This document shows positions 7,863 to 17,744 of a DNA stretch of 61,708 nt, in pieces. The position numbers and the translations under genes are program-made. Under the pieces are notes generated by a model. That model did no database searches and was not told where the DNA came from. It saw only the letters and a program-made list of their open reading frames with translations. The stretch comes from Candidatus Pacearchaeota archaeon (GTDB lineage Archaea; Nanobdellota; Nanobdellia; Pacearchaeales; GW2011-AR1), in contig JACPLR010000009.1 in assembly GCA_016186425.1 (NCBI GenBank), positions 1 to 61,708 on the forward strand, read 5' to 3'. How positions within the stretch are numbered: the first letter of the stretch is position 1; every line of letters starts with the position of its first letter.

Positions 7863-7995
7863 AAAGTTAACATCATTTGAGCATAACCATTATTGCCATA
7901 AAATTAACTTAAACAGCTATAAATCATGCCAAATTTTTCACATAGAAAAATTTCTATTGTATTAATTCAAAAATATTCTTGAAAGATAATAATTT
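7863..7995 (+). repeat. Family-A intergenic repeat
   Basis: The 5' arm is aaagttaacatcatttgagcataaccattattgccataaaattaactt. Hairpin aaatttttc-acata-gaaaaattt lies at 7931-7953, followed by attgtattaattcaaaaatattcttgaaag. Confidence 0.6.
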
Positions 7996-8000
7996 TACGA

Positions 8001-9671
8001 TTAATTCTCTTTCACTCTTGTTTCAACTTCTTTTCCAAGTTTAAGAATATTCCCTCCATTAATTAAACTTTTTACAACCTCTTTTAGTTTGTTTATTTTA
8101 ACTCTAACCTGTTTAGTTGTATCTCTATCCCTGACAGTAACTGTATGGTCTTCAGGAGTTTTATCGTCTATTGTTATGCACATTGGAGTCCCTATTTCAT
8201 CATTTCTTGCATACCTTCTTCCGATGCTCCCGCTTTTATCGTAAATAACATTAAATTCTTCCTTCAGATCATTAACAATATCTTCTGAAATTTTTTCATA
8301 TTCTGGTTTTTTTATTATTGGAAAAACCGCTGCTTTTATTGGAGCAAGTTTTGCAGGAATTTTTAAAACAATATAACCTCTTTTTTTATCATAATTATAA
8401 GCTTTTGTTAAGACTGCAAGGAAAACTCTTTCCATCCCAAATGTCGGCTCAATAACTCTCGGAATAACTTTGCTCTTAGTTTTCTCGTCAAATATATCAA
8501 GATCTTGTTTGCTCTCTTTCTGATGTTGAGTTAAATCATACTGCCCTCTATTTGCAATTCCCGCAACTTCTTTAGAGCCAAAAGGATACATATAATCAAT
8601 GTCAAATGTTGCAGAACTATAATGGCTTAATTCATTTTTAGTATGTTCCCTTATTTTTATCTCATTCTTATTAAAACCAAGTAAATTAAACCAGATAACT
8701 TGTTCAGCCAACCAGTAAGCATGCCATTCATCTAACTTCCCTTTTTTTAGCATATCTCCAATACTCATTATTTTCAATTCCTCTTTTCCTTCCAACTGTG
8801 TTTCCGAATCCAATAATTTTACTTTTAAATTTAAATGCTTTTCATTTAGTAAACCACATTTAAAGTCATTAGGATGGATAAAAAATTCAAATTCTCCAAT
8901 GTTAAACTCCCTGCTCCTGAACAAAAAGTCTCTCGGGGCTATTTCATTTCTAAAGCATCTTCCAATTTGTGCAATTCCAAATGGAAGCTGCATTCTGGAA
9001 TTTTGTTGTATTAACTTAAAATCCATAAACATTGCTTGCGCTGTTTCTCCTCTTAAATAAGCGTCCATTGGATTCAAAGCTCCAATGCTTGTTTTAAACA
9101 TTAAATTAAATTCCCCTTTTACTTCATATTCTCCTCCACATTCACATTTTACTTTTCCAACTTCAGATTTATCAATTTTCGTTGCCTTTCCGCATTTTTT
9201 GCACACAACAGCAATATCTGAAAAACTTGTTAAATGCCCCGAAGCTTTCCATGTCTGTGGATGAGATATAATGCTTGCTTCAATTCCAACCATGTTATCT
9301 CTTTGCCTTACAAAAAAATTCCACCAGTCATTTTTGATATTATTAAACAATTCAACTCCCAAAGGCCCGAAATCCCAAAATCCTGCCAATCCTCCGTAAA
9401 TATCGCTTGACCTAAAAATAAATCCCTTTGTCTTGCAAAAATTAGCAAGCTCATCAATGGTTATTTCTTTTTTTTCGGCATCTTTATCGGAAATTGTTTT
9501 ATCTTCATATTTGTTTTCTTCATGTTTTAATTCTTCCAATTTTCTTTGCGCTTCTTCCAATGTTTTGCCAGCATAACTAATTGTCTTTGATTTTATTTTA
9601 TTTCCTTCCCTAATGCTCTTCCTAACATAATAATACTCTCCTCCAGAAATTTTCTTTTTTACAATATACAT
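8001..9671 (-). CDS. glyS: Glycine--tRNA ligase (archaeal/eukaryal dimeric type) with an extra N-terminal module of about 65 aa
   Basis: KGFIFRSSDIYGGLAGFWDFGPLGVELFNNIKNDWW, plus class II core motifs and the anticodon-binding C-terminus. Confidence 0.9.
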   Translation of the reverse strand: MYIVKKKISGGEYYYVRKSIREGNKIKSKTISYAGKTLEEAQRKLEELKHEENKYEDKTISDKDAEKKEITIDELANFCKTKGFIFRSSDIYGGLAGFWDFGPLGVELFNNIKNDWWNFFVRQRDNMVGIEASIISHPQTWKASGHLTSFSDIAVVCKKCGKATKIDKSEVGKVKCECGGEYEVKGEFNLMFKTSIGALNPMDAYLRGETAQAMFMDFKLIQQNSRMQLPFGIAQIGRCFRNEIAPRDFLFRSREFNIGEFEFFIHPNDFKCGLLNEKHLNLKVKLLDSETQLEGKEELKIMSIGDMLKKGKLDEWHAYWLAEQVIWFNLLGFNKNEIKIREHTKNELSHYSSATFDIDYMYPFGSKEVAGIANRGQYDLTQHQKESKQDLDIFDEKTKSKVIPRVIEPTFGMERVFLAVLTKAYNYDKKRGYIVLKIPAKLAPIKAAVFPIIKKPEYEKISEDIVNDLKEEFNVIYDKSGSIGRRYARNDEIGTPMCITIDDKTPEDHTVTVRDRDTTKQVRVKINKLKEVVKSLINGGNILKLGKEVETRVKEN

Positions 9672-9984
9672 AAATTACGCACTACATTTCTATATATAAA
9701 ACTTGCTCTAAATATAAAAATCAAAAACAACTTCTAACAGGTATTGTCAACTTATCAGGACATGCCTATTTTTTAATAGATAACCAAAATTAACTTAATT
9801 ATGTAAAAATTATAATTGTATTCAGTTTCAGAAATTACGACAATGCATTTACTTAATTCATAACATAATGAATAACAAAAATTTAAATAATTCTATTTTC
9901 AAGTATTATTTATTTCCATATCACGCTAACCTGACAGTGCCCTTCTAACATTAACCTTTTAAACTTTGTAATCTCTTGAAAAAT

Positions 9985-10737
9985 ATGGCTAATAGTTATG
10001 AGTTAGAATTAAATGAAATTATAAAATTATCTCCAACAGCAAGGGCTTTAAGATATAATACAAAAGATCTTATAAACTTCAAGCCAGGACAATTTTTTAT
10101 GGTGGAATTTTTTCTTAAAAAAGAAAACGGCTTTGATATTAAAGAAAACAAATCTGAAAAACAAAGGCGGGCCTTTTCTATATCATCTTCTCCAAATTCG
10201 CAATATATTGAGCTTACAGTTAAAAAAACACCAAATCCTTTTGTATCAGACTATCTTATTAGCTATACTAAAAAAGGTGAAAGAGCAATATTTACAGGAC
10301 CATACGGGCATTTCATCTTTGATTCGCAACTAACTAAAAAAAATCTTATCTTTCTTGCTGCAGGTTCCGGGATTGCTCCATTAATGAGCATACTAAGGTA
10401 TATAGATGAAACAAAACCTCAGGTTAATATTCATCTTATCTACTCAAATAAAACAGAGAATGAAATTCTTTGGAAGGAGGAAATTGAAAACATTTCAAAA
10501 AGAAATAAAAATATATTATTTACTTTTACATTAACTCAAAATGAAGAAAATACTTTATGGACCGGAAAAAGGGGAAGAATTAATAAAAACATGATATCAG
10601 AAATAATTTCTAACTGGAAACAAGATGAAATAGATTGCTATATATGCGGCCCGCTTGAATTCACAAGGGAGATGGAAGAAATATTGAAAATGGAAGGCAT
10701 ACCGAACAGCAACATAAAATACGAGATTTATGAATAA
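9985..10737 (+). CDS. FNR-family FAD/NAD(P)-binding oxidoreductase
   Basis: RAFSISSSP (the RxYS flavin motif) and the NAD(P) site LAAGSGIAPLMS...CYICGP. No C-terminal Fe-S Cys cluster. An alternative TTG start is at 9976. Confidence 0.65.
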   Translation: MANSYELELNEIIKLSPTARALRYNTKDLINFKPGQFFMVEFFLKKENGFDIKENKSEKQRRAFSISSSPNSQYIELTVKKTPNPFVSDYLISYTKKGERAIFTGPYGHFIFDSQLTKKNLIFLAAGSGIAPLMSILRYIDETKPQVNIHLIYSNKTENEILWKEEIENISKRNKNILFTFTLTQNEENTLWTGKRGRINKNMISEIISNWKQDEIDCYICGPLEFTREMEEILKMEGIPNSNIKYEIYE

Positions 10738-10789
10738 ATTACCAAACATACTATTAATGATAAGCCCTAAATATTTTTTAATTTAAATA

Positions 10790-10905
10790 ATTATCACATA
10801 CTTTAAATTAAATGAAATTTTTCCTAAAAGAGAAATTTAATATGACAATAATTCAAGAATAATTTTGAAATATCACAACAATTTTCCCTTATTTTTAGCA
10901 AGATC
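10790..10905 (+). repeat. Family-A intergenic repeat
   Basis: Hairpin aaatttttc-ctaaaa-gagaaattt at 10815-10838 is followed by aatatgacaataattcaagaataattttgaaatatcacaac. Confidence 0.6.
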
Positions 10906-10945
10906 TAGCAGGTTTAACTTATTTTTCCATAGATTATATTAATAA

Positions 10946-12520
10946 TTATCTATTAAACAATCTATTTAGGATATATCCAAATTCTCCATTCTTAACTAAA
11001 TATCCGAGTCTTTTAAGTTGTTGTGTTTTTGTCTCAGAATATTCAACTAAAGAATAAACCTTACTGAATTTGTCTGGATATTTTGTCTCAATTCCTCTGT
11101 CAAGACAAAATTTAATCAAGGCGTTAGGGACAAATCTTCTCCCAATTATGTAATAATAATTAACAAATGGCTTTTGTTCTGCAGTTTCTTTAGTTGCAAC
11201 TTGAGTCCTAACGTCTCTATTAACGCTTGCAATATCATCTTTTGTAATAAATCCTCTTTCTAAGGCCATTTCAGTTATATCAAAATCAAGGTAATAAGCC
11301 ATATTATTCCTGTTCGTTTTAAATGGTTTTGGCATTTGCAATAAAAACTGAATGCCTTCTTTCAATGTTTCAGGGGTTTCAAATTCGCTAATAATTGTAT
11401 CAAAGCGCAGTTCAGCATTTGGAGCATATTCACGAATAATACGTGCTGCCCGGAGAAGATCTTCATTAGTCTCAGATCTTTTATATATCTCCCTCCTTAT
11501 TTTTTCAGATCCTGTCTGCATGCCTAAAAAAATATATCTCAATCCCGCGCTGGCAAGAGCTTGTATCATTTCATGATCCTTAATTAAGGAAGAATGACCA
11601 TAACAAAAGAAAGGCCTGTTTATATACTGTCTATACTTGATTGAAAAATCCTTAACCCATTCCTTATCCATAGTAAATATATTATCCCAAAAATTAATAG
11701 TCTCTATTTTTGGATAAAGATTAATAGCTTGGCGTAATTCTTCTATTACATTATCAACGCTTCTTCTTCTAAGATACTTAAAATTAAATTCTCTGTTTAA
11801 AACATGCTCAAAACAAAAGGTGCATCTCATTGGGCAGCCTCTCGAAGTTGTTAAATTATACCCATATTTATAGTGGGGAATTGGATTTTCTCTGTAAACA
11901 ATGCTTTTAATAAGATAAAATTTATTTTTATCAGAATAATCCGGAAATGGCAAAGAATCCAGATTTTCTATAAGCGGCCTGTATCCGTTTTTGTAAATTT
12001 TACCCTTCTTATCTTTAACCCACAGATTTTTAACACGAAGATAACTTTTTCCTTTTCTCATTAAGTCAAATAGCTCAAGCAAGGCATCTTCTGCCTCTCC
12101 CCTTATTATAATGTTTGCATGATCCAAGCATCTCACAGGATCAATCATTGGCTGAATGCCTCCCCACATTATTGGGCAGGAAAAATGTTTCTTGAGTTCT
12201 TTAGTTATATCTGCACAATCCCAGAAACTCATTGACTGGACAGACATTCCTATAACATCAGGATTCAATTCCTTAAGGAGTTTTACTAATGCAACAATTT
12301 CTTCTTTAGTTGGGGGATCTCCGCCAAGAAAGTTTAATTCCCTAAAAAAAACAGAATAAACCTTATAACCTGATTTATCTAAGAAAGAATGTAATCCTGC
12401 GGAAGTCATGTTTAATGTTCCGTTAAGATGAACAAAAACCGCAGTAAAATCATTTTTTTCTTTAAGCTTAGCTTTTTTAAGAGATTTACCATTTATCATA
12501 CCTTTTTTATTAATAACCAT
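10946..12520 (-). CDS. B12-binding-domain radical SAM protein
   Basis: N-terminal Rossmann-like cobalamin-binding region. The radical SAM cluster motif is TSRGCPMRCTFCFEH (CxxxCxxC). Confidence 0.8.
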   Translation of the reverse strand: MVINKKGMINGKSLKKAKLKEKNDFTAVFVHLNGTLNMTSAGLHSFLDKSGYKVYSVFFRELNFLGGDPPTKEEIVALVKLLKELNPDVIGMSVQSMSFWDCADITKELKKHFSCPIMWGGIQPMIDPVRCLDHANIIIRGEAEDALLELFDLMRKGKSYLRVKNLWVKDKKGKIYKNGYRPLIENLDSLPFPDYSDKNKFYLIKSIVYRENPIPHYKYGYNLTTSRGCPMRCTFCFEHVLNREFNFKYLRRRSVDNVIEELRQAINLYPKIETINFWDNIFTMDKEWVKDFSIKYRQYINRPFFCYGHSSLIKDHEMIQALASAGLRYIFLGMQTGSEKIRREIYKRSETNEDLLRAARIIREYAPNAELRFDTIISEFETPETLKEGIQFLLQMPKPFKTNRNNMAYYLDFDITEMALERGFITKDDIASVNRDVRTQVATKETAEQKPFVNYYYIIGRRFVPNALIKFCLDRGIETKYPDKFSKVYSLVEYSETKTQQLKRLGYLVKNGEFGYILNRLFNR

Positions 12521-12603
12521 TGACTAGAGTGATAAGTATTCTTTAAAAATGTTATGGGGTTAAAGTCTACAAATCAAAATCCTTATTCAATGAATAAGTA
12601 AAC

Positions 12604-12810
12604 AACGAGTTACCAAAACCCAATATTAAAACCCTAATTTAAATAGCTATCAAATCATTTTAAATTTCTCCCAATGAGAAATTTAGGATAGTGTAGATTC
12701 AAGAATAATTTTGAAATCATGCAATATCTTTGCCTCATTTTAATATGTAATCTGCTGATATTTTATCAATTAACAGCTCAATACTTTAATATTATATAAT
12801 TTATATACAA
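12604..12810 (+). repeat. Family-A intergenic repeat, full-length copy
   Basis: aacgagttaccaaaac...aatttaaatagctatcaaatcatttt, then hairpin aaatttctc-ccaat-gagaaattt at 12662-12684, then gattcaagaataattttgaaatcatgcaatatctttgcctcattttaatatgtaatctgctgatattttatc. Confidence 0.7.
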
Positions 12811-12842
12811 AAATTTAAATAACAAAGACGTTACTTTTAACT

Positions 12843-13097
12843 ATGATAAAAAAGTATAAAATCATTTACGATCGTGAAGGTTGTACTAAATTCGGGGGAT
12901 GTGCAGCAGCATCCAAGCATTTCGATATAGCCAGAGATAAAAAAGCAGATTTAGTTGGAGGCAAGAAAAACAAGGAAGGTTTATGGGAACTGGAAATAAG
13001 CGAGGAAGATTACGCAAAGAATAAGGACGCTGCAGAGATTTGCCCAGCGAAGGTTATCCATATAATTGACCTAGAAACTGGAGAGGAGATTATATAA
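12843..13097 (+). CDS. Small ferredoxin-like protein (putative)
   Basis: YDREGCTKFGGCAAA ... AAEICPAKVI resembles the Cys pattern of a single-cluster ferredoxin. Low certainty. Confidence 0.45.
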   Translation: MIKKYKIIYDREGCTKFGGCAAASKHFDIARDKKADLVGGKKNKEGLWELEISEEDYAKNKDAAEICPAKVIHIIDLETGEEII

Positions 13098-13099
13098 AT

Positions 13100-13325
13100 T
13101 AAAAGAAGTTGCCAAATTAATTAGATAAAAATTACCTATCAAATTATCAATTTAAATAGCTATCAAATTATTTTAAATTTCTCCCAATGAGAAATTTAGA
13201 GCCATATGGATTCAAGAATATTTTGAAATCATACCATATCCTTGTCTGATTTTAATGAGTAAGTTTCTGATTTTTATTATTTATCATTTAGATATTAGAA
13301 GATTCTATAAAGTATCTATAACAAT
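13100..13325 (+). repeat. Family-A intergenic repeat, full-length copy
   Basis: aagaagttgccaaatt...aatttaaatagctatcaaattatttt, then hairpin aaatttctc-ccaat-gagaaattt at 13175-13197, then ggattcaagaatattttgaaatcataccatatccttgtctgattttaatgagtaagtttctgattttt. Confidence 0.7.
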
Positions 13326-13334
13326 TAAGCTTAA

Positions 13335-13730
13335 TCAAATCTCCAGCGGATCATCTTGAACATATTTAACGCCTTTTTTAATTGCAATTTCTGCTTTGCA
13401 TAACTCTATACCCATATCTGCAGCATGCTGCAAGCTAGAAATCATACCTTCTCTTATTAAAGTATTAACTATCTCAAGCGCTGTTTTGCCCCTTACCTCA
13501 GCCTTTAATTTATTGTCTGGAAAAGTACAATATCCTACCCCTATTTCATTAGTTTCAGGATAAATTTTAATAAGAAAATAACCTTTAGGATCCATTTTCC
13601 AATCTTTAATACGATCATATTTTGCAGGTATAATTGGCAATTCACCCTCTTTAGAAATATCCCACCATCGTCCTTTAATTACTTCCTCCTTTTGCTCATT
13701 ATTTTCAGATATAATATCTTCTTCAGCCAT
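13335..13730 (-). CDS. DUF4346-like protein (MtrA/pterin-associated small domain family)
   Basis: WKMDPKGYFLIKIYPETNEIGVGYC...GKTALEIVNTLIREGMISSLQHAADMGIELCKAEIAIKKGVKYVQDDPL recalls the DUF4346 pattern. Confidence 0.5.
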   Translation of the reverse strand: MAEEDIISENNEQKEEVIKGRWWDISKEGELPIIPAKYDRIKDWKMDPKGYFLIKIYPETNEIGVGYCTFPDNKLKAEVRGKTALEIVNTLIREGMISSLQHAADMGIELCKAEIAIKKGVKYVQDDPLEI

Positions 13731-13799
13731 TATCGTTTAACCAATGGCCAGTATATAAAATTTATTATTGTAACAATTCAAAAAAAATAAGGCATAAAA

Positions 13800-16700
13800 T
13801 TACCTAAAATCCCTTGTCTTTACTGTTTGCTTTTTAAACTTCATAATCCGGCTAACCATAAAAAATGCAAAAACTAAAAATAAAACAACTATAACTCCTG
13901 CAATTATATTATCTGTGCCGGCATCTCTTTGAAATATCGCAAAACCGCTGACAGGTGTGCTCAAAACAACGCTTTCCTGAACAAAAGTTGAATATGTTTC
14001 TGAATTAATATTAACTAATAAATTAAAATCTCCCTTGGCCGAAGGATCGATTGGGATTAAAACTTCAAATTCTCCTGCAGAATTTTCAGCTATAGACTTG
14101 GTATCTTTAATTTCGGCAATTTTTTGATTCTCAGAATTAAACAATAAAAATTGCATTTCAACATTCTGCCTAATTCCGGAAACCTCTTCGATAGAATATC
14201 TCACCCTAACACCATTTTCTTGCTCTCTTTTAACCTCAAGAATATTAAAAGCTAATTTTTGTTCAATTATTTCTGCATCAAAACTTGTTGTTTCCTTTTT
14301 TTCAGAGCATTCAACACTAACTCCAATCCTATATTTTCCCTCTTTAGCATCATTAGGAACATTCAAACTAAATAAAAATTCAGATGATTCGCCTCCTCCA
14401 AGTTTTTTGCTTTCACTTGATTCAATCCAGCTAGAATACTCTCCGCTACCAACTAGTCTGCACGAATTCAAAAAGCTTAATCCAGAATTTTTAACACCCA
14501 AGGTTAATTTCTTGTTTTCTCCAGGATTTATTATTATATTGCCAATACTACTCACTTCTAATTTTCCCTGAAGTGTTGTTGATGGAACTAACCCAAAACT
14601 GCTTCCACTACTCCCTCCTCCGCCTCCAGATCCTCCGCCAGAACCACCAGATCCTCCAGAAGTTCCTCCGCCAGAAGATGTTGAAACCGAAAAAGAAGAA
14701 TTTGTATAATTAATATTTCCAGAAATATCTCTAGTATAAAAATGCAAAATATAATCAGAATCACTAGGAACACTAAAACTGGTACTGCTGCATCCAGAAA
14801 CCAGAACATTTTCCAATCCTGAAACCAATCCATTAGTTGACGCAAAAGTCACATTATAACTGCATGTCAATTCATTAATTTGATCTGCATTATCTGAAAT
14901 ACTGAACTGCAAAGGAATATCTGTCTTGCTTGACTTTGCTCCTATCGGCTGGCTAAGTATTAAACTCGGATTTGTAATGTCTTTTTGAATAGTTAAATTA
15001 TATATTGTAAAGGAAGCTAAATTATTAGCAGAATCATTTGCATAAACAGTTAAATTATAAGTCCCGTTAATCTGTCCAAAACTTATATTATTATTTCCGT
15101 TAATGCAATTTACAGAATTATTATTACTCCCTTTATTAAAGCTATGCCAACAATTTCCTAAATTTAAATCAGAAACCGAGAAGTTAAACTGCAAAGATAA
15201 ATTTCTTTTAAATAAAGTATTATTTGCAGGATAAGATACACTTAAATTAGGGGCTAAACTATCAATATTAATTGTAAAATTATTCAAGGCAAAAGCAGAA
15301 AAAGTGTCTGTACAGTAAACATTCCATAAATAGCTTCCATCAGTAAAGTTAATCATAAAATTATTTATTCCTCCACTGGTATTAACTGCAGAAGAATTTA
15401 TTTTGTTAATATTCCATGCTCCAGAAGCATTTGTAAACAAGCTGCAATTTTTTATTGTTGCAAAGGTATTTACATTGTAATTAAACTGGACATTATTTCC
15501 ATTACTTAGCCATTTTCCATTGTTAGGAGCTTCTAAAGAAACCGCAAGCTGTGTATTAACAGAAAAATTTCTTGCAGCAAAATTTACATTCCCTAAAGTA
15601 TCGTTTGCATAAAGTCTCAATGCATGATTTCCATCTCCAGAAACATTAAATGTTATATTTTGGCAGTTATTTATAGTATTGTTTGCTCCATTATTTAAAT
15701 TATACCAGCATTTGCTAACTCCAATGCCTGAATCAGAAACAGAAAAATTCAAAGGCAAGGTATTATTCACAGAATATGTTCTAGCTTCCGGCAAAATAAT
15801 ATCAATGTTTGGCCCTTGGGAATCAACAAAAAAGCTCCTATTAGTATAATTTAAATTATTAAAAGTATCATTTACATAGGCAATTATTGTGTTGCTTCCT
15901 TGAGCAAAAGTATAACTTATCGGAGTTGTATAAGTTATATTTGTGCTTCCATTATAAAACCAAATACCCGAAATCCCACTTGAATCAGCTGCTGAAATAT
16001 TAACAAGTATTGTTGCATTTGTATAATTCTGATTAGCTGGAGAAATAATTGTTAAATTTGGTGCAGAGTTATCTAAAATCGTATATTCTATGGAGGTATT
16101 GAAAAGTTGCGGAGCTATTCCAGCATCCTGGCTTGTTAAATAAGCTTTATACTGAAAATACCTTCCAGTTAAATTCAGGCCTTTTAGGTTATTAAAAGAA
16201 CTTGAAAAATAAGCGGTAGTAGAATTTCCAGGACCAATAAAAATTCCATCTGAACAGTTTGCTAAAAAACATGTTTTAACTTGAAATGTAACATTTGTTG
16301 TTTTTAAAATTGCAGTCATTGTTCCGACAAGCCCGTTTGCTCCATTAATATTACTAGCTATTTTGCTAAAAGTAACTCCGCCATCTGTTGATTTATATGC
16401 ATCCTCATTACCATCAATAACATGAACATTCCCTTGAGAATCAACGCTAATTGCCTGTCCATTTGCAGCAACTCCTGCTCCGTTAAAATCATCATTTATT
16501 TTATTCCAGCTTATGCCCGAATCATTTGATTTCCAAACATCTTGAACATCTAAAATATAAAGAGTATCATTTGAAGAAATAGCCATGTCATCAACATTAT
16601 TTCCTTGAGCTCCATTATAATCATCTTTTATTAAAGTCCAGGTAGTCCCATTATTGCTACTCATCCATATATCTGCCTGATTATCTGCCGCAATTAAAGT

Positions 16701-17375
16701 ACTAGAACTATTTACAACAAAGCCAAAAACATTTCCGTTTCCGCCGTTAAAATTACTCGCTGTTTTGCTCCAGTTCACTCCAGAATTATTGCTTACCCAG
16801 ACATCTTCATCACCTTCGATAATATACATTAAATTCCCTCCATTTAAGGCAGCTGAAATGGCATTTTGCCCTTCTGCTCCATTATAATCCCCAGTTAATT
16901 TTGTCCAATTAATTCCAAGATTCTCGCTCCTCCAGACATCCTGGTTAAAAATAATAAAATAACTTCCGCTTTTATTGAAAAAAGAGCTTGTTACTCCATT
17001 TCCATCGCCGTTATTATAATCATCTTTAACTAAACTCCAATTAACTCCAGAATTTGTTGAATTCCACACATCTGATTGAGCATCAACCGCATAAATATAT
17101 TCTTTAGTTGGAATGCTAAAACTTAGGGAAAAATTATCCCAGCTTGAAATGCTTATTGCATCAAAAACCCTTGAAGTGAATGTCCCGCTTAAATTACTTG
17201 CACTTAAAACAACAGCACTTCCATTATAACTTGAATTCAAGAAAGTTCCATTATTAAAATTGCTCTGGCTTATATCGCTAAAATTCGCTGCATAGACAAA
17301 TGTCACTAGAAATATAATTCCAAATATTAAAAATAAACTCTTTCCTCTTTTATTCATAATTCCTCTAAGAATCAA
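13800..17375 (-). CDS. Large secreted, C-terminally anchored surface protein: six BNR/Asp-box repeats, Ig-like repeats, a Gly/Ser linker, a CARDB-like domain and a TM anchor
   Basis: Signal peptide KRGKSLFLIFGIIFLVTFVYA. Six SxxxGxxW repeats (WNSTNSGVNWS, WRSENLGINWT, WVSNNSGVNWS, WMSSNNGTTWT, WKSNDSGISWN, YKSTDGGVTFS). Repeated modules of roughly 90-100 aa are dense in NxS/T sequons. Linker SSGGGTSGGSGGSGGGSGGGGGSSGSS. C-terminal TM IIAGVIVVLFLVFAFFMV followed by KFKKQ. Confidence 0.75.
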   Translation of the reverse strand: MILRGIMNKRGKSLFLIFGIIFLVTFVYAANFSDISQSNFNNGTFLNSSYNGSAVVLSASNLSGTFTSRVFDAISISSWDNFSLSFSIPTKEYIYAVDAQSDVWNSTNSGVNWSLVKDDYNNGDGNGVTSSFFNKSGSYFIIFNQDVWRSENLGINWTKLTGDYNGAEGQNAISAALNGGNLMYIIEGDEDVWVSNNSGVNWSKTASNFNGGNGNVFGFVVNSSSTLIAADNQADIWMSSNNGTTWTLIKDDYNGAQGNNVDDMAISSNDTLYILDVQDVWKSNDSGISWNKINDDFNGAGVAANGQAISVDSQGNVHVIDGNEDAYKSTDGGVTFSKIASNINGANGLVGTMTAILKTTNVTFQVKTCFLANCSDGIFIGPGNSTTAYFSSSFNNLKGLNLTGRYFQYKAYLTSQDAGIAPQLFNTSIEYTILDNSAPNLTIISPANQNYTNATILVNISAADSSGISGIWFYNGSTNITYTTPISYTFAQGSNTIIAYVNDTFNNLNYTNRSFFVDSQGPNIDIILPEARTYSVNNTLPLNFSVSDSGIGVSKCWYNLNNGANNTINNCQNITFNVSGDGNHALRLYANDTLGNVNFAARNFSVNTQLAVSLEAPNNGKWLSNGNNVQFNYNVNTFATIKNCSLFTNASGAWNINKINSSAVNTSGGINNFMINFTDGSYLWNVYCTDTFSAFALNNFTINIDSLAPNLSVSYPANNTLFKRNLSLQFNFSVSDLNLGNCWHSFNKGSNNNSVNCINGNNNISFGQINGTYNLTVYANDSANNLASFTIYNLTIQKDITNPSLILSQPIGAKSSKTDIPLQFSISDNADQINELTCSYNVTFASTNGLVSGLENVLVSGCSSTSFSVPSDSDYILHFYTRDISGNINYTNSSFSVSTSSGGGTSGGSGGSGGGSGGGGGSSGSSFGLVPSTTLQGKLEVSSIGNIIINPGENKKLTLGVKNSGLSFLNSCRLVGSGEYSSWIESSESKKLGGGESSEFLFSLNVPNDAKEGKYRIGVSVECSEKKETTSFDAEIIEQKLAFNILEVKREQENGVRVRYSIEEVSGIRQNVEMQFLLFNSENQKIAEIKDTKSIAENSAGEFEVLIPIDPSAKGDFNLLVNINSETYSTFVQESVVLSTPVSGFAIFQRDAGTDNIIAGVIVVLFLVFAFFMVSRIMKFKKQTVKTRDFR

Positions 17376-17544
17376 ATGTTTTTAAATATTCCTTCAATGT
17401 ATAAAAAGAAAATAAATAATCCATAACTTAGAAGAGGTTAAAACTTCTAACATAAATATTAACATATTAAACTAATAAATAATACTCTCCCTAATTTTTA
17501 CACAAGTTATTAAACAGCACATTAACATAAAACATATTTAATCG

Positions 17545-17650
17545 CCAATAAATCATCTTAAATTTCTCCTAAAAGAGAAATTGAGTATTGTAGTGATTCA
17601 AAATTGTTCTGAAAATATGCTATATCTCTATCTGATTTTTACATCAATTA
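17545..17650 (+). repeat. Family-A intergenic repeat
   Basis: Hairpin aaatttctc-ctaaaa-gagaaatt at 17560-17583 is followed by gagtattgtagtgattcaaaattgttctgaaaatatgctatatctctatctgattttt. Confidence 0.65.
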
Positions 17651-17744
17651 AGTCATATTTATTAATAATTATATATTGAAGTTTATAAGAAATACTAGAT
17701 AAAGACAAAATCTTTATATACCTTGTATAATTCTTATTAAACAT

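Noticed and set aside
12690-12770. C/D-box sRNA interpretation of the family-A core (ATGATTCA as the C box, downstream CTGA as the D box).
   Set aside because: The C-like box is UGAUUC rather than UGAUGA in all copies. The internal D'/C' boxes are absent or at the wrong spacing (about 9 nt rather than 12). The distance between the boxes varies among copies.
14588-14845. 85-aa ORF in a second minus-strand frame, nested inside the 1191-aa surface-protein gene. Similar nested or antisense ORFs occur at 186-410, 1850-2143, 2089-2346, 4875-5168, 6726-7040, 11352-11576, 26269-26730, 37916-38263, 40328-40946, 50363-50696, 54592-54849 and 58188-58496.
   Set aside because: They lie wholly inside, or in an alternative frame of, much longer ORFs that have clear family motifs. 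Their translations are low-complexity (Leu/Phe/Ser/Ile-rich), which is typical of shadow frames in AT-rich DNA.
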